A stretch of DNA of 64,000 nucleotides from Octopus vulgaris (GCA_951406725.2 OX597831.1:33542001-33606000); one strand, 5' to 3'; shown: positions 12,912-25,437, numbered from the stretch's first letter. The notes: generated by a model from the letters alone, not told the origin. Made by a program: numbers and translations.

Positions 12912-13546
12912 GTATATATATGTGTGTGTGTGTGTGACTTTGTATTTCTGTCTGTCCCACTGAACCGATCGGTAAGCAGTCTCGGTGTGTTTACGTTTCC
13001 ATAACATAGCGGTTCGGCGAATAGATTCGATAGAATAAGTACGACACTTTAGAAAAATAAGCAGTCCGTTCCAAGATTAAACCGAGCTTCTAGGGACACA
13101 CATTTGCATCTGTTTGGAATGAAACAATGTGAAAGGATGTACCACTGCAGCCTCTGGTTTTAGGAATCGAACTCAACGCTCTCACGGATCAGGATCCTGC
13201 TTAAGCCGAATCAGCAGAGAATGCACTTTCCAGAACGCTTTTTACTGGAACGGTATAAGGTGATTTATTTAGCGCAAGCTTACAGATTGCAGTTTTTATC
13301 GGTTGTATGTCTCTGGAGAGGAGGTGAGGAAGATTTAAGACCTATTACTTCTGATACTTCTATTGACAAGACATGGAGCTATAAAGATCATCATCATCAT
13401 CATCATCCTCATCCTCATCATCATCATCATCATCATCATCGACAAGAACAAGAACAAAAACAACAAATATATAACTAAAACATACATAAATACATACTCA
13501 TATACATACATGTATACGTACATGCACATATATACATGCTTAGATT

Positions 13547-13607
<61 letters not shown>

Positions 13608-13732
13608 GTATATGTGTGTGTGTACATACACACACACATTTGAATATTGTGTACGCATGAGAGTGAATATATATAAGGCTTCTTAGAGAAACCTAGCTCA
13701 TTCAACTTCACTCGAGTATATATCTATATCTA

Positions 13733-13845
<113 letters not shown>

Positions 13846-13883
13846 GTCTGTATGTCTATTTATCTATCTATATATACACATAC

Positions 13884-13918
<35 letters not shown>

Positions 13919-13932
13919 TGTATGTATGTATG

Positions 13933-13982
<50 letters not shown>

Positions 13983-14265
13983 CAACAATTGAGGGTAAAA
14001 TTAATTAATTATTAATTAATTTCACCAAGTGTTCAGTATGCAAAGGGACCATTTAAGGCGAATTCAAATTATTACAATATATAAAAGGGCTTAGTAAAAT
14101 AAATTACTTTGCCGCATACTGAACTCATTAGAAATAGCAGCTAAAAAACTTTTTTAAAAACCATTTCTAATACTTAAAGAAAATCTCTCTCGTATAGTGT
14201 TTGGTCAACTCAACTCACGAAAGTTTGGGGGTAAAGACATAAAAAAATCAAATGCAAAGGTTATT

Positions 14266-14317
14266 TGAGAACGTACGTTTCAAGATTAGTCATCAAGACA
14301 CTTCTATCATCAGCTCA
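14266..14317 (-). ncRNA. Hammerhead ribozyme motif in 561-bp unit, copy 1 (copy 2 at 14827-14878)
   Basis: Reverse complement of TGAG CTGATGA T AGAAGTGTC TTGAT GACTAATCT T GAAAC GTAC GTT CTCA. Confidence 0.65.
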
Positions 14318-15145
14318 GAAACTCCATGGTTTGGATTTGAAAACACTGAAAGTGAGAGCATACTCTCTCGGCCTCTCATCTCCTTCGAAGATCTGCTCGT
14401 AACTAACAGTGCCAACAAACTCAAACATGCAAGCGAAGAATTTCTGTCCTCCCCTTTCCACCAGCGTGGGTTAAAATCAACAAACACTCTGCTTATTTCG
14501 GTAAAATCCGAAGCATTAATTAGAGGGAGATTAATTATAATTTCAACAATTGAGGGTAAAATTAATTAATTATTAATTAATTTCACCAAGTGTTCAGTAT
14601 GCAAAGGGACCATTTAAGGCGAATTCAAATTATTACAATATATAAAAGGGCTTAGTAAAATAAATTACTTTGCCGCATACTGAACTCATTAGAAATAGCA
14701 GCTAAAAAACTTTTTTAAAAACCATTTCTAATACTTAAAGAAAATCTCTCTCGTATAGTGTTTGGTCAACTCAACTCACGAAAGTTTGGGGGTAAAGACA
14801 TAAAAAAATCAAATGCAAAGGTTATTTGAGAACGTACGTTTCAAGATTAGTCATCAAGACACTTCTATCATCAGCTCAGAAACTCCATGGTTTGGATTTG
14901 AAATTATAATTAATTGTTGAAATTATAATTAATCTCCCTCTAATTAATGCTTCGGATTTTACCGAAATAAGCAGAGTGTTTGTTGATTTTAACCCACGCT
15001 GGTGGAAAGGGGAGGACAGAAATTCTTCGCTTGCATGTTTGAGTTTGTTGGCACTGTTAGTTACGAGCAGATCTTCGAAGGAGATGAGAGGCCGAGAGAG
15101 TATGCTCTCACTTTCAGTGTTTTCAAATCCAAACCATGGAGTTTC

Positions 15146-15197
15146 TGAGCTGATGATAGAAGTGTCTTGATGACTAATCTTGAAACGTACGTTCTCA
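15146..15197 (+). ncRNA. Hammerhead ribozyme motif in 561-bp unit, copy 3 (copy 4 at 15707-15758)
   Basis: Stem I TGAG/CTCA, core CTGATGA, imperfect stem II (AGA..GTC/GAC..TCT), GAAAC, palindromic stem III AACGTACGTT, predicted GUU cleavage triplet. Confidence 0.65.
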
Positions 15198-15940
15198 AAT
15201 AACCTTTGCATTTGATTTTTTTATGTCTTTACCCCCAAACTTTCGTGAGTTGAGTTGACCAAACACTATACGAGAGAGATTTTCTTTAAGTATTAGAAAT
15301 GGTTTTTAAAAAAGTTTTTTAGCTGCTATTTCTAATGAGTTCAGTATGCGGCAAAGTAATTTATTTTACTAAGCCCTTTTATATATTGTAATAATTTGAA
15401 TTCGCCTTAAATGGTCCCTTTGCATACTGAACACTTGGTGAAATTAATTAATAATTAATTAATTTTACCCTCAATTGTTGAAATTATAATTAATCTCCCT
15501 CTAATTAATGCTTCGGATTTTACCGAAATAAGCAGAGTGTTTGTTGATTTTAACCCACGCTGGTGGAAAGGGGAGGACAGAAATTCTTCGCTTGCATGTT
15601 TGAGTTTGTTGGCACTGTTAGTTACGAGCAGATCTTCGAAGGAGATGAGAGGCCGAGAGAGTATGCTCTCACTTTCAGTGTTTTCAAATCCAAACCATGG
15701 AGTTTCTGAGCTGATGATAGAAGTGTCTTGATGACTAATCTTGAAACGTACGTTCTCAAATAACCTTTGCATTTGATTTTTTTATGTCTTTACCCCCAAA
15801 CTTTCGTGAGTTGAGTTGACCAAACACTATACGAGAGAGATTTTCTTTAAGTATTAGAAATGGTTTTTAAAAAAGTTTTTTAGCTGCTATTTCTAATGAG
15901 TTCAGTATGCGGCAAAGTAATTTATTTTACTAAGCCTTTT

Positions 15941-15970
<30 letters not shown>

Positions 15971-15971
<1 letters not shown>

Positions 15972-16350
15972 ATTATAACTATAATTAAAGGTTTAGCTAC
16001 AAGTTGCTTCACCACATACGGAAAATTTAGAAATAGCAGCCAAAAGACAGCTTTCATTATTTTCATTATCACTTTCATTATTTTTTTCTTCTTTTTGCCT
16101 ATGTAAGTTGCAAATATTGTTGTCTGTGGAGTCATATTTTGTAGTGAAAAGAATTAGCTGTCTTTTGACTGCTATATCTAAATTTTCGGTATGTGGTGAA
16201 GCAACTTGTTGCTAAACCCTTAATTATTGTTATAATTATTTATAAAAAAACTTTTTGAACAAGTTTTTACCGATAATGGTCTTTTCCATACCGAAACTAC
16301 TCGGTAAAATTTATTAATTATTAAATTAATAATTCTTTACCCTATATCTG
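15971..16350. mobile_element. Fold-back element (about 80-bp inverted repeats) with an adjacent hammerhead-like variant
   Basis: 15971-16051 pairs with 16157-16236; TTTTA CCGATAA T GGT..ACC GAAAC TA CTC GGTAAAA at 16265-16310. Confidence 0.6.
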
Positions 16351-16383
16351 TAATGATTATATATATGTATATATACATATATA

Positions 16384-16443
<60 letters not shown>

Positions 16444-16804
16444 TATGTATGTATATGTATGTATGTATGTATATATAAATATATGTATATGTATGTATGC
16501 ATAAATAAATATATATATATATGTACGTGTGTGTATATATGTATATATCCGAGTTTGTATGATTGTATATAAGCGAAGAAATTCTAGTTTTTGTCTGAGC
16601 TTCACGTTTTAATGCTTACACTTTTCACAATATTACAATATTGAAATAAACTAGTACTTTCACACGTTACGCAATCATCCGTTTTATGTAGTGACTGTCG
16701 CGTTCCTCAATTGACAACGATGTCATATACATACATACAAACATACAAACATACATGCATGAATACATACATCACATACATACATACATGCATACGTACA
16801 TACA

Positions 16805-16859
<55 letters not shown>

Positions 16860-16865
<6 letters not shown>

Positions 16866-17860
16866 GAGTTCAGTTCAGGGACAGTATTTCTTGACCTACT
16901 TTGCTGGCTTGGAGACTGGAAGTCTGCAATGTAAAGTTATTGTCCTTTGTTCTGTCGGATTCACGAAAGAGTGATGGCTTTTGGAAAGACCCCCCCCCTT
17001 TTGTCGGTCAAGGAAGGGTCAAGGAAACTACCTTATAAAAAAGGAAGAGCTGTGAGTCTGTAGATCAGTTCAGCTGGAGAAATTGAGGTGGTAACAAGGG
17101 AGATGCGTTTACGAAGGAAGCGCAGAGAAAGACAGACACACAATCATGAGAGATGACAGGCGAGATAGTGACAGTGACAGCGTAGAGGAGGACAGACAGA
17201 TAGTATTACAGGACTAGGGAGAGAGTGACAGTGACAGCGTCGAGAAAGACAGACAGATGGGATTAAGGAGCATAGAGAAGGACTACGGTGTGAGGCATTG
17301 GCTGTTGTACGGTATGTGTTGATTATTGAGTTGTGTTGAAATGTAAATGAGTTGATGTGCTGGATAAAGGGATTATAACGAACATTGTGAATTGTGTTGA
17401 TATGTGAATTATGTAAAGAGATTATAACGAACTGTTACAGAATTGCGGAAAGCAAGAACAAAGAACTGTGTTTGATTGTTGTATTGATATTGAAATGCTA
17501 AAGAAATGAGATTGTAAAGACTTTGAAGGACTTTGAACTGTAGCGTGTATTGTTGTTTTGATTTGATCTGAACTTATTTGTTTGATTCGACGTGTACTGT
17601 TTAAATGCTGTTGTTTTATTGTATCTGCATGTTTAAATGCTTTGATCTGTTGTATACCTGTTGTTTTCTTTAAATGTATTTGATGTTGTAATGATTGTCA
17701 TAAACTGTGTTTAAATGTAGCCAATTGCCTTCCGTCTCTCTCTCTGTGTCTCTTCCTGCTGTTTGTTGTTGTTATCTCCGGTCGCCGACTTCGCTGCCAT
17801 CCCCACCGAGTCCTCTCTGTGTGGCGAATTCTCCGTTCGACTGGGTTAAGGGTGGTCCGT

Positions 17861-17864
<4 letters not shown>
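16860..17864 (+). mobile_element. Solo LTR (about 1.0 kb) inserted in (TA)n
   Basis: TGTT...AACA termini (tgttgtg / cgtaaca), ATAT on both sides, TATA-like ttataaaa at about 17033, internal 60-bp direct repeat 17163-17266, no ORF. Confidence 0.7.
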
Positions 17865-17929
<65 letters not shown>

Positions 17930-18084
17930 AGTAGGTGAATGAATTATCCTATGTTTATCGTCAGCATGGAAAATTCGTTTAACCGAAACCTGGGTAGCAA
18001 ATTCACGTCAGAAACACGGTTGAAGCGACCTGTCAAGGGTAGAAACTCCGGGTTCATGTGTAGAAATTTGTGTGTTGTATATGA

Positions 18085-18227
18085 ATAAATGAAAGAATGG
18101 AGTCGAACGAAGATGTTAACAAAGTTCCCTTTATTCCTTTCGAATGAAAACATGCTGTCTTCGAAACATGTGTCGAGAGTAAAGGAATTTTGTTAACATC
18201 TTCGTTCGACTCCATTCTTTCATTTAT
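18085..18227. repeat. 39-bp perfect inverted repeat enclosing a decayed hammerhead-like loop
   Basis: 18085-18123 is the exact reverse complement of 18189-18227; loop contains ...cga atgaaaa ... tc GAAAC ATGT GTC gag. Confidence 0.75.
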
Positions 18228-18233
18228 ATATAT

Positions 18234-18265
<32 letters not shown>

Positions 18266-18289
18266 GTATATGTATATATACACATATAT

Positions 18290-19050
18290 ATGCATACCTA
18301 TAGCAAAAAGGATTTGTACTATAGTTTCTAACACAAGAACCAGGGACACACGACTACATGAACTAAAAGACGAACTCATTACCAGGAACTACCCGCCATC
18401 ACTAATTGACATATGCTTTCAACGTGCCCCTCAACTCAACATACACGAACATAGGCATCCCAAATTAAAGAAGGATTTACAACCATACATCTTTGCACAC
18501 AACCCTTTTAATAATGAAGCCTTTGACATCATCCTCCAGAACTTTCCCCTACTAAAAAGCGACCACAGAATGAATTTAATCCCCCAAACGCACACCATTA
18601 TAAAGAGCAAAGCCCGAATACGCTCGACAACAACACTGAAGCTGTCAGTAAAAATATGCAGAAGACCTAACTATATGTTGGACATGCGTCAACTTAATTG
18701 AGGGATCAAAGTTCTCTTTCAAACAGTGTCAACGTTTTACAGTGAACAGCAACTTCACATGTGTTTCGGAGAACCTGATATATGTATTAACTTGTTCTGG
18801 GTGTCAAGAGCAATACATAGGCCAAACCCAAAACAGTCTATGTCAAAGGATGGCTCTACATAGATCCCAGATAAAATTTCGGAAATACAGAAAAATAGCA
18901 TTCAGCGAACATATCGACATTTGCGCCTAAAACAAACAACCCAGTTTCAGAATTTTGCTCCTCTATCAATTCAGGGACGATGCAACCTGTAGTCACCGCA
19001 TTAGTAAAGAGTCATACTTTATCACAAAATATAAACCCCGTTTGAATGTG
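18290..19050 (+). pseudogene. Penelope-like element: RT C-terminus, Cys linker and GIY-YIG endonuclease, 5'-truncated and frameshifted
   Basis: AKRICTIVSN..RLHELKDELITRNYPPSLID (PLE RT thumb); FTCVSENLIYVLTCSGCQEQYIGQTQNSLCQRMALHRSQI (GIY-YIG); KESYFITKYKPRLN end. Confidence 0.88.
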
Positions 19051-19359
19051 TCCACCACAAATGACACTACTACAAGGGCCTTAGAATAATACCCACGCAA
19101 ATATTAAAATCGATATATTCAGGACAGTCACTACCCATGAATTTATTCAGAACAATTCTAATCACTACTATTACAACAACAGGTCACTTTTAGGTCACTA
19201 GACCATTTAAGAGGATTCCACCAACAACCTACAACTGTCATACCACTCCCACATTCTTCTTCTTCTTCTTCTTCTTCTTCTTCTTCTTCTTCTTCTTCTT
19301 CTTCTTCTTCTTCTTCTTCTTCTTCTTCTTCTTCACCGTCTCCTTTCTCAGCTATATAC

Positions 19360-19802
19360 CATAGTTCTTTACAGGACAGCCATGTTATAGTGGCAAGAAA
19401 AACGTTACCGTCTCTATTGTAGCTATTTGTATTTCGTTTAGAGGTTTTAGACCTAGCTATTTTACTCGTTACGAGATCAACGGGTGTCTGCCGCTTCTCT
19501 GTTTTTATATATTGAGCAGGGACGATTGACTGTCATTTCTAGCAGGCAGGTGTTCAGTACCGATGAAGAGTAAAGACCCAGAAACAATGGTCTACTGATC
19601 TTGTCAAGCTGGAGCAGGGTGATTTGCTCTCTTACAATATATCGGACACAGGTTGTGTGTCGTTAACCAGCTGGAAAAGACGTTTTCCTGGGGTTAAAAC
19701 GTAGTAACATAGTTCTTTATAGAACAGCTATCTTATAGTAGGAAAAGAAAAACGTTACCGTCTACTACTTATATCTGGTGTAGAGATTTTAGAACTAGCT
19801 AT
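19360..19802 (+). mobile_element. Penelope pseudo-LTR region: about 100-bp direct repeats flanking a hammerhead
   Basis: catagttcttta...aaaaacgttaccgtct...ttttaga-ctagctat at 19360-19460 and 19708-19802. Confidence 0.7.
19554..19598 (+). ncRNA. Hammerhead ribozyme motif (U4C-type core) of the Penelope element
   Basis: TCAGTA CCGATGA AGAGT AAAG ACCCA GAAAC AATG GTC TACTGA: 6-bp stem I, GUC site. Confidence 0.7.
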
Positions 19803-20184
19803 ATGTATATGTGTGTGTTAATGCGTGTGTGTGTAACAATATACACATATTCAAACACATTCGCATATACACTCCTGCATATATATTTATTGGAATATAT
19901 GCGTGTAGAACATAATGCCAGGAAAGGCTTGAGAAGTGAATATTTATTTATTTAAACATATTCTTCCACATGACTACTGCCTTTCGTGACCTTTTCCATG
20001 TAGTATTATTTTCAGAATGCCAGAAATTATACGTACGTGTTTGCATTAATAATTACGCTCAACGTCTTTTTACAATACAATTCTCTACATTCACAAATTA
20101 ATGCGAATAAAGTAATCTAGCTCATCAGACCACCAGTATCTTGTGCTTACATCAGTGTTGTACAACTGGTGCAATAATGATAAT

Positions 20185-20360
20185 AATGGGTTCAAATTTT
20201 CGCACAAGACCAGGAATTTCGAGAGAAGGAGTTAGATGATTGCATTGACATCACTGCTCAGCTGGTACTTATTTTATCGACCACGAAAGGATGAAAGGCA
20301 AAGTCGATGTCGTCGGAATTTGAACTTAGAGCGTAAAGACGAGAACGAAATACTGCTAAC
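20185..20360 (-). mobile_element. SINE family B (tail2 type), degenerate
   Basis: Core ggtacttattttatcgaccacgaaaggatgaaaggcaaagtcga. Confidence 0.7.
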
Positions 20361-20484
20361 AGAAAAGAAAAGAAATTGCGCTGATAGTGGGGTTGGGGAG
20401 AGGGAAAATTTTCCTAACGATTTAGTTGAAAGGTGGAATCTATGTTAGAAGCGTATCAATACATTGTTATTCTTTCACTCTCTC

Positions 20485-20785
20485 CTTGTTTCAGACTGCG
20501 GCCATGCTGGAGTACGTAAACAAACCACCAGCAGTTGTTAAGCCATGGTGAGGGAGGACAAACACGCAAACACACATACGCACGCACACACGCACACACA
20601 CACACACTAACACTCACATACACGATGGGCTTCTTTCAGTTTTCGTCTACCAAATCCACTAACAAAGCTTTGGTCACTCTGTAATTATAGTAGAAGAAAC
20701 TTACTCAAGTTGCCACGCAGTAGAACTGAACCTGGAACGATGTAGCTAGGAAACAAGCTTCTTACCACACGCCCACACTTACACC
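20485..20785 (-). mobile_element. SINE family A copy, internally deleted
   Basis: Reverse complement of family A head and tail. Confidence 0.8.
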
Positions 20786-20788
20786 TCG

Positions 20789-20871
<83 letters not shown>

Positions 20872-20927
20872 TATATATATGCATATACATGCATTCATAG
20901 GCGGAGATGTGTCTGTGTGGATAGATG

Positions 20928-21351
20928 CAGGAGTGGCAGTGTGGTAAGAAGCTTGCTTCCTACCCACATGGTTCCGGGTTCAATTCCACTGCGTAGCACC
21001 TTGGGCAAGTGTCTTTTACTATAGCCTCGGGCCGATCAAAGCCTTGTGAGTGGATATGGTTGACGGAAACTGAAAGAAGCCCGTCGTATATATATTTATA
21101 TATATGTGTGTGTGTGTGTGCATGCGTGTGTGTGTGTGGGTGTATGTATGTATTTGTGTCTGTGTTTGACCCCAACCATCGCTTGGCAACCGATGTTGGT
21201 GTGTTCACGTCTCTGGAACTTAGCGGTTCGGCAAAAGAGACCGATAGGTTAAGTACAAGGTTTACAAAGAATAAATCCTGGGGTCGATTTGTTCGACTAA
21301 AGGCGGTGCTCCAGCATGGCCGTAGTCAAATGACTGAAACAAGTAAAAGAA
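20928..21351 (+). mobile_element. SINE family A, full length
   Basis: Head gcaggagtggcagtgtggtaagaagc..gggttcaattcc, CORE-like accttgggcaagtgtc, internal microsatellite, aagtaaaagaa tail. Confidence 0.9.
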
Positions 21352-24103
21352 TATATTTCTATGTGTTTGTGTGTATGTGTGTTTGCGTGTGTGTGTGTGT
21401 TACATAAACGAAAAATATCACAGATATAGAAGCAAAATTACAATATAAAATACATAAAAAAATATAAAGTATATGAAATAAAATAAAATATAATATGACG
21501 TAGACATGAATGAATTGCGGTTAATTTGTGAAACAGTTACCGTGTAAATGGGTTTAATACATTAATAAAACATGTTGGGTTGCATAAAGGGGAAAATTAC
21601 TAATTTAACATAGAAGCAAAATGGTGAGAAAATAAGATAAAAAGAAAAGGAAATAGAACATCAGGAAGGAGAAACGAAAACAAATAACACTAGTGTAATA
21701 TTAATAATCAAACGGTTATGTTTAATATAACGCTAAAGATAAGTAATTAAGGGAGGATAATTAACACTTGATTAATATAAGCAGAAATAGAATATAGATG
21801 ATATATATAAAAATATAAAATAGGTATCTGAAGGAAGGCGGTGGGGACGGAAAGTGGATAGGAATAGTATATATGATATGTAATGAATTATGCATGGTGG
21901 TGGTTGATAATAGTACGATATACGCACTTAGAGGTAATGTGTTGGGTGTGTGTGTGTACTTGTGAGTGTGTGTGTGCGTATTTGTGTGAGTGTGTGTGTA
22001 TTTGCGCGCGCATATATATATAATATATTAATAAATAAAACATATGCATATATATATACATATATGTACGTACCTACCTCTACATGTATATATACACGCA
22101 CATATGAGTACAGGACGCGCGCGCAAATACACACAAACTCACACAAATACGCACATACAAGCACACACGCACATATATATATATATATATATGAAAGAGA
22201 GTTTATTTGTGTGTTTGTTTGTTTGTGTGTGTGTGCGTGCGTGCGCGTATGTTCCTTATGCATTCCAAAACCGAGTTGCCGATGTTGACGTATGGGGTAT
22301 CAAAGGATTCAGTAAGCTTTCGGCCTACCAACTAAGCTTTGTTTCCATTCACATATTTGCATTACAAAAATTTAACATTATAATTTTTCTTTTAGTCACT
22401 TATTGTAAACGACATTTTATACCATCACCACAACAACGATGACGTCACATTTTCTATATGAGTGTGTTCGCGCGTTCGCCACGTACGTTAGGCCGATGAC
22501 TGACAAGTATATGCGTGTGACGGTGTATGTGTCTGTCAGTATACATACATCTTTGTGACGACTGACACAAATACACCTAAAGACAAAGACAGACACGCAT
22601 TGGGATAGAGATGTTTGTGTGTGTGCGTGAGTGTGTCTGAGTATATCTATATGACTTTAACGCCCATCCCACCAACAGTGAAACACGCCGATTTTGAAAC
22701 AGTTTAGTTTTGTTGCGGCCTGGACTTTAATCGAACAACAGCACTCACTATGAAGTACTACCAACATGAAGATTTGGTTGATTTACTGCTCTCACAATAC
22801 TCGCAAATATATCTGATAAAGAAGTTATTCTAGTTATTATAACAAATTCGGTAACTTGGCGAAGTAGAAAGCCTCAGCGGGTCTTTCAATATAATAACAG
22901 AAATGGTATTCCACTCCTTCTAACCAGTTTGAATATAATGCTTTTTCAACAGCCCTTATCGTATTCCTGCTATGCTGTTTCACCAGTGTGAGTATCATCG
23001 CTGCGCAACCTTTTTATTGCGTTATCAGTATTTATTTTGCAGCCTAAAACGTTAAACAGTTAAAAAATATATAGTAATATCAAATTAATTTATATTTTGC
23101 TACATACGTCCTTCAGCAAATGCTTTAAATTAACGTTCACAACAGCAGCATATTCCTTTCTATAACACATGGTTCCGGGTTCTGTGTGGCACCTTGGGAA
23201 AGTATCTCCTACTATAGTCTCGGGCCGACCAGAACCTTGTGAGTGGATTTGGTAGAAGGAAACTGAAAGAAGACCGTCGTGTATATGTATGTATATATAT
23301 ATATCATTCATAATATAATCCCCTAAGTTACTTCCTTTGCATACCGCCATTATTCCGTTTCTTCTTGTAAGCACATTACAAACCATTATTTTACATACAC
23401 AACGACCGTACTTCCCATTCTATACATAACCTCATCATGAACTTATACGCATAACATTTTAATTGCTTTATACACACACGGCCTTTGATGGAATTTTCGA
23501 TGTCTCCCTGTATTTTCTCAGTGAGGTTAAACTGGTTGTTTGTCTCTTTGCAGAACTCAATATGTTTTATTAATGTATATCTTCTCTGTTATACCATTCT
23601 CTGTAGTAGTAGAAGAATTAACCACGATTCTTTGATTGCTTTATGCTATTCTATGTCTTCTACGCCATTAAGTTTCTTTTTTTTTTTTTTTTTACTGATC
23701 TTCCTAATGAGATTTAATATTTCATAACACACCTCATCGATAATGCCGTTTTTATTTGGTGTGCAAGACTCTTGACGTAAACGCGTTTCGACCTCCTCCT
23801 CATCATCATCATCTCCCCCCCCCATCATCATCATCATCATTGTTGCCGTCGCCGTTGTTGCCGCTTAACATCCATATTTCCATGCTTGCAGAGGTCGGAC
23901 AGACTTAGCTGAGGCGAATTGGTTACGGCTGAAAGCCTATTCATGTCGCCAATGGATTTACTTATTTTCCCCAATTACGGTAATATTTCCTCATGGCCAG
24001 ACATGTTTTTTTTTTTTCACAAACGAAAGACACCGCTTTCAAGAAGGTGACATTTGTTTACAACTATCACTTCAGGTTAGGCTAAGGAAACAATAACACA
24101 CAC

Positions 24104-24181
<78 letters not shown>

Positions 24182-24444
24182 GACGGGCTTCTTTCAGCTT
24201 TCGTTTACCAAATCTATTTGATTACTCATTCAGTCAATTGAATAATCGATTGCAAATGGTGACAAAAGAATATTTACAAACCTGATTGATTGGTTAAATG
24301 ATTAATCAAGCAATCGATTAGTTATCTGGTCAAATGGCTAACTAATAGACTAATAATTATACAAGAAGCGAAATAGAACCAGAGGGTGAGTTTATTATTG
24401 GCATAATGACCCTCCCGTGTTGCAAGAAAATTATCCAAAATAAT

Positions 24445-24895
24445 TTCTTCTACTTTTGGTACAAAGTCCGCAATTTTTTGGGAAGGGTTAAAGTGGATTA
24501 CGTCGATTCCAGTGCTTGACTGCTACTTATTTTACCGTCCCCGAAGGGATGAAAGTCAATGTTGACCTCGGCAGAATTTGATCTCTGGCGCGCTGGCAGA
24601 AACGTTAGCACGCTGGGCGAAATATTTAGCGGCATTTCGTTTGTTTTTACGTTCTGAGTTCAAATTCCGGCGAAGTCGACTTTGCCCTTCATCCTTCCGG
24701 GGTCGATTAAATAAATACCAGTTACGCACTGGGGTCAATATAATCGACTTAATCCGTTTGTCTGTCCTTGTTTGTCCCCTCTGTGTTTAGCCCCTTGTGG
24801 GCTGTAAAGAAATAAGAATTTGATCTCGCATAAAGAGTAAGAAGAAAAATCCGCTAATCATCTGACCAGGCATGCCAACGATCTACCAGCTCGTC
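24445..24895. mobile_element. Young + strand SINE B (24586-24814) inserted into an older - strand SINE B
   Basis: 13-bp TSD agaatttgatctc at 24573-24585 and 24815-24827. Confidence 0.8.
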
Positions 24896-24899
24896 ACAT

Positions 24900-25110
24900 G
24901 GTTTCAAATCTTGATACAAGGCTAGCGGTTTTAGGGAGAAGGGGAAGATGATTACATCGATTCCAGTATTTGATTTTTTTTTATCAACCCCCTGAAAGGT
25001 TGAAAGTCAAAGTCAATCTCGGCGAGATCTGAAATCTGAACATAAAGAGCTGGACGAAATGCCACTAAGCATTTAGTCCGCGGCGATAATGGTTCGGCCA
25101 GTTCGTCGCA
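24900..25110 (-). mobile_element. SINE family B, degenerate
   Basis: Core tcaaccccctgaaaggttgaaagtcaaagtcaatctcggcg. Confidence 0.7.
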
Positions 25111-25437
25111 TTACCCATTCTAATGAGAGCAAATGTTACTACCATTTCATCCAGGTTTCAGTTAATCTGTTAAGAAAGATTTTTCATTACCAAGAAAAGA
25201 TTAAAATATTTCCGTTAGTGACGTCATGTATCCGGTTTCAAATTTCTAAATTTCCAGAACTTTCGACTATTTTCTTAACCCATTTCTATTATTTTGGACC
25301 CCTTTTTTTTTTTTAAAATTGCAATGATTTTATCATATGAAATCCATAATATTTCTGAGACCAGGACTATTTGCCGAAACTTCAAAGCCACAAGTTTTCT
25401 GCTTAATATGTACATACGTAGTCAAATACCGAGATAA

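Larger units (their letters stand above)
13975..15948. repeat. 561-bp unit array: about 1.66 direct copies (13975-14903) joined to about 1.85 inverted copies (14912-15948), between (TA)n tracts
   Basis: Period 561 (13983 vs 14544; 15150 vs 15711); copies essentially identical by eye; the identical 105-aa and 64-aa ORFs on both strands confirm the inversion. Confidence 0.95.

Noticed and set aside
14252-14569. 105-aa ORF repeated three times
   Set aside because: Repetition only reflects the identical DNA unit; no recognisable domain; antisense to the hammerhead
23500-23580. Strong splice acceptors (also near 4038, 32959 and 60564)
   Set aside because: No convincing downstream donor or recognisable peptide
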